64,000 nucleotides of DNA, from contig NC_134029.1 of NCBI RefSeq assembly GCF_964204645.1, positions 16,300,950-16,364,949 of the forward strand, read 5' to 3'. How positions within the stretch are numbered: the stretch's first letter is position 1; each line of letters starts with the position of its first letter. Of this stretch, positions 61,856 through 64,000 are shown piece after piece. This DNA is from Tubulanus polymorphus (Eukaryota; Animalia; Nemertea). Made by a program: the position numbers and the translations under genes. The notes below the pieces were generated by a model. That model saw only the letters and a list, made by a program, of their open reading frames with translations, was not told where the DNA came from and did no database searches.

Positions 61856-62458
61856 ATGTCAAAGAAATCGAGTAAGAATAATATTGATATTGAAAAGACA
61901 TTAGATGATTTGGGTATAAGTGATAATAAAGATACAGTTGTTTCTAATTCTATTCAAGTTAATAACAATATAGATTATGAATACTACTTATATTGTAAGC
62001 ATCATATAGAACTATTGATTGCCGGTGGAAAAACTAATGAGTTTTTAAATAGAATCATTACTTTTCAAGAACTAGACTCTATGAAACCAGATAAAGTAAT
62101 AAAATGTTTTAAGATTTATGAAGAAGCTAGATTAGCTAAAATAAATGATTCTATTTCGAATGGTATTGTCAAATGTTATTCTAAGTTATGTAACCAGTTA
62201 ATACCAATTGATGATGAAAATAAATTATATAGTGATTTGAAAAATGACTACTTAGTTATGACTGAATTACAAAAATGGGTTGGATATGCTTCATTTCAAT
62301 TAGGATCGGTTATGACATTAATTTCTACTGGCGTCATAACATTTTCGAACATCAAGCCTATGGAATATAAATCAGGTAAGAACGAAACAGATGTACTACA
62401 ACCAAACGTCGAAACAGAAAATGAATCGGAACAAAAATTAACTAAAATAAATGAGTGA
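61856..62458 (+). CDS. Polinton hypothetical protein, homolog of 19727-20332
   Basis: Clear end-to-end similarity; TATAAATG start. Confidence 0.8.
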   Translation: MSKKSSKNNIDIEKTLDDLGISDNKDTVVSNSIQVNNNIDYEYYLYCKHHIELLIAGGKTNEFLNRIITFQELDSMKPDKVIKCFKIYEEARLAKINDSISNGIVKCYSKLCNQLIPIDDENKLYSDLKNDYLVMTELQKWVGYASFQLGSVMTLISTGVITFSNIKPMEYKSGKNETDVLQPNVETENESEQKLTKINE

Positions 62459-62810
62459 TGGAGTTAAGAAAAAGGTTAGATCCGATAAACAAATTAAATG
62501 GGCAAGAGAATTAGGTAAAAGATCTTCAGAATTAAAAAAAGCTAAGAAAAAGAAATTAACTGACATAAATGAATCACCTGATATTGATTCAAATAATAAT
62601 CCATCTGATTCTTCTAATGCTGGAAGTAATTATAAATTATATATTACAATTGGATTAGTAACAGTTATTATATTATCCGGTGTAATATATAAATCAAAAT
62701 TCAAATCTGATGATAAAGATGATTCCAATGACAACAAACCTATTATACCAGAAAATAAGTCAAATCATAAGGCCATTGAAACTAAATCTAAATTATTATT
62801 AATGGATTAA
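62451..62810 (+). CDS. Small single-TM basic protein
   Basis: RSDKQIKWARELG; TM LYITIGLVTVIILSGVIY; homolog at 20265. Confidence 0.75.
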   Translation: MSDGVKKKVRSDKQIKWARELGKRSSELKKAKKKKLTDINESPDIDSNNNPSDSSNAGSNYKLYITIGLVTVIILSGVIYKSKFKSDDKDDSNDNKPIIPENKSNHKAIETKSKLLLMD

Positions 62811-62816
62811 AATAAG

Positions 62817-63258
62817 ATGAAAAAAGAACAATATTTGAGAGATTTATATTATAACCCAGAAAGTGAAGTATCATATTCTAACGTTTCAGAATTATGGAAT
62901 AAAATTAAATCTGATAATAGTGATATAAAATATAGTGAATTGAAATCATGGTTACAAAATCAACCAACATATCAAATCCACAAGAAAATGGATAAAACTT
63001 ATTTAACAAGAAAAGTTATGGTTTCATATATTGATCAACAATGGCAAGCAGATTTAATTGACATGAAGAACTTAGAAGAATACAACAAAGGATATTTCTG
63101 GATACTGAATGTTATAGACATATTCAGTCGATACGCATGGTCAATTCCAATCAAAAATAAAACTGGTATAGAAGTTACAAATGCTTTTAAATCTATATTT
63201 AAAGAAGCTATTCCAGATAAGATACAATTTGATGAAGGTAAGGAATTTTATAACAAAG
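62817..63258 (+). pseudogene. int: rve integrase, N-terminal half
   Basis: EQYLRDLYYNP..WQADLIDM..QFDEGKEFYNK, then truncated. Confidence 0.9.
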
Positions 63259-63540
63259 AGTGAGTTATGTTATCTAGCTTTCTCTGGAAGACATTTTGGG
63301 ATAACAACTTGGGTTTTAAATCAAAAATATAATTCAATTGTTAAAGACTTTAGAGAAAACATTAGATTTCTAGTTTTATTTTATAACAAAGATAAAAAAT
63401 CTATGCAACAATCATTGGAAGAAAATCAAATTATACCTACTGAATTACATGATGAATATATGAATAAATTAAAGAATAATAAAGGTTCAAAATTATTACT
63501 GAGACTACAATTTCCCTATGAATATAAATTTATAAAATAA
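63259..63540 (+). pseudogene. Packaging ATPase, C-terminal part
   Basis: SELCYLAFSGRHFGITTWVLNQKY matches 19144 onward. Walker motifs deleted. Confidence 0.9.
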
Positions 63541-63559
63541 CTATTTATATGACTATGTA

Positions 63560-63642
63560 TTAGATACCCTAATACCTGATACCCCATTAGATACCCTAAT
63601 ACCTGATACCCTAATACCTGATACCATACCTGATACCTTAAA
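63560..63642 (+). repeat. Short tandem repeats (GATACCCTAATACCT)n
   Basis: Directly visible downstream of the ATPase stop. Confidence 0.85.
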
Positions 63643-63726
63643 TACTTAAAACCCCCTTTTTTATTTACTATTATTTTATACAATTTTCAACTAATATTAT
63701 TATTTTAGTTAAATATAATTAATATC

Positions 63727-64000
63727 TTAATCACTTTCACTATCATATCCTAACAATTTTCTCAAATGCTCTACCGAATCTTCTTCAAATTCTTCATTAT
63801 TTTTATACTTATTCTTCGCCTTTTTTACCGCATCATCAATAGTTGTTTCATTGTTATGCTTATTCATCCAATCAAAGTTATCATTATTTTCTACTTTATG
63901 TTTCATAGAATCTTTATTAGTGTTTGCTCCTAATATTTCATTTACAGTGTTTGATTCTAATATTTCATTAGCATCGGTTAGATCTAATTCATCTTTATTA
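63727..64000 (-). CDS. 3' part of an acidic ORF entering from beyond the window
   Basis: Open frame ..NKDELDLTDANEILES..EHLRKLLGYDSESD* with no internal stop. Confidence 0.55.
   Translation of the reverse strand, partial: NKDELDLTDANEILESNTVNEILGANTNKDSMKHKVENNDNFDWMNKHNNETTIDDAVKKAKNKYKNNEEFEEDSVEHLRKLLGYDSESD

Larger units (their letters stand above)
59207..64000. mobile_element. Second Polinton-like element (partial, rearranged, internally deleted)
   Basis: Homologs of Polinton 1 genes (HNH, 19727, 20265, integrase, ATPase) plus a shared noncoding motif. No TIR visible. Whether 59490-60740 belongs to the element is uncertain. Confidence 0.85.

Noticed and set aside
63181-63540. Independent 119-aa gene
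   Set aside because: Chimeric: out-of-frame integrase DNA joined by deletion to the ATPase C-terminus.

Overview
Eukaryotic, repeat-dense DNA, most likely from an invertebrate animal; no intact host gene is recognisable. 1703-21577 is a complete but decayed Polinton/Maverick (adintovirus-like endogenous virus) with 80-bp TIRs and a GATGTT TSD. It carries pPolB, minor and major capsid proteins, rve integrase, a packaging ATPase, an SSB-like gene and several membrane proteins; I found no adenain protease. Two things stand out. (1) Its pPolB holds a LAGLIDADG-type intein inserted in catalytic motif C; the intein C-terminal half and the TDS residues have since been deleted. (2) Removing a nested 3.6-kb element and correcting one frameshift rebuilds a multi-zinc-finger gene with a poxvirus VLTF3-like C-terminus, and most genes start at a poxvirus-late-like TAAATG, usually just after a T-tract. 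26.6-59.2 kb is a Russian-doll stack of non-autonomous Helentron-like (HINE-type) elements inserted into each other's (ATT)n tract. These carry a 31-bp palindromic satellite, a second HINE family, a captured LINE RT fragment, a MITE and a young but defective BEL/Pao LTR retrotransposon (46635-52555). From about 59200 to the window end is a second, rearranged Polinton relative with HNH genes. All family calls come from reading motifs by eye; no database searches were run.
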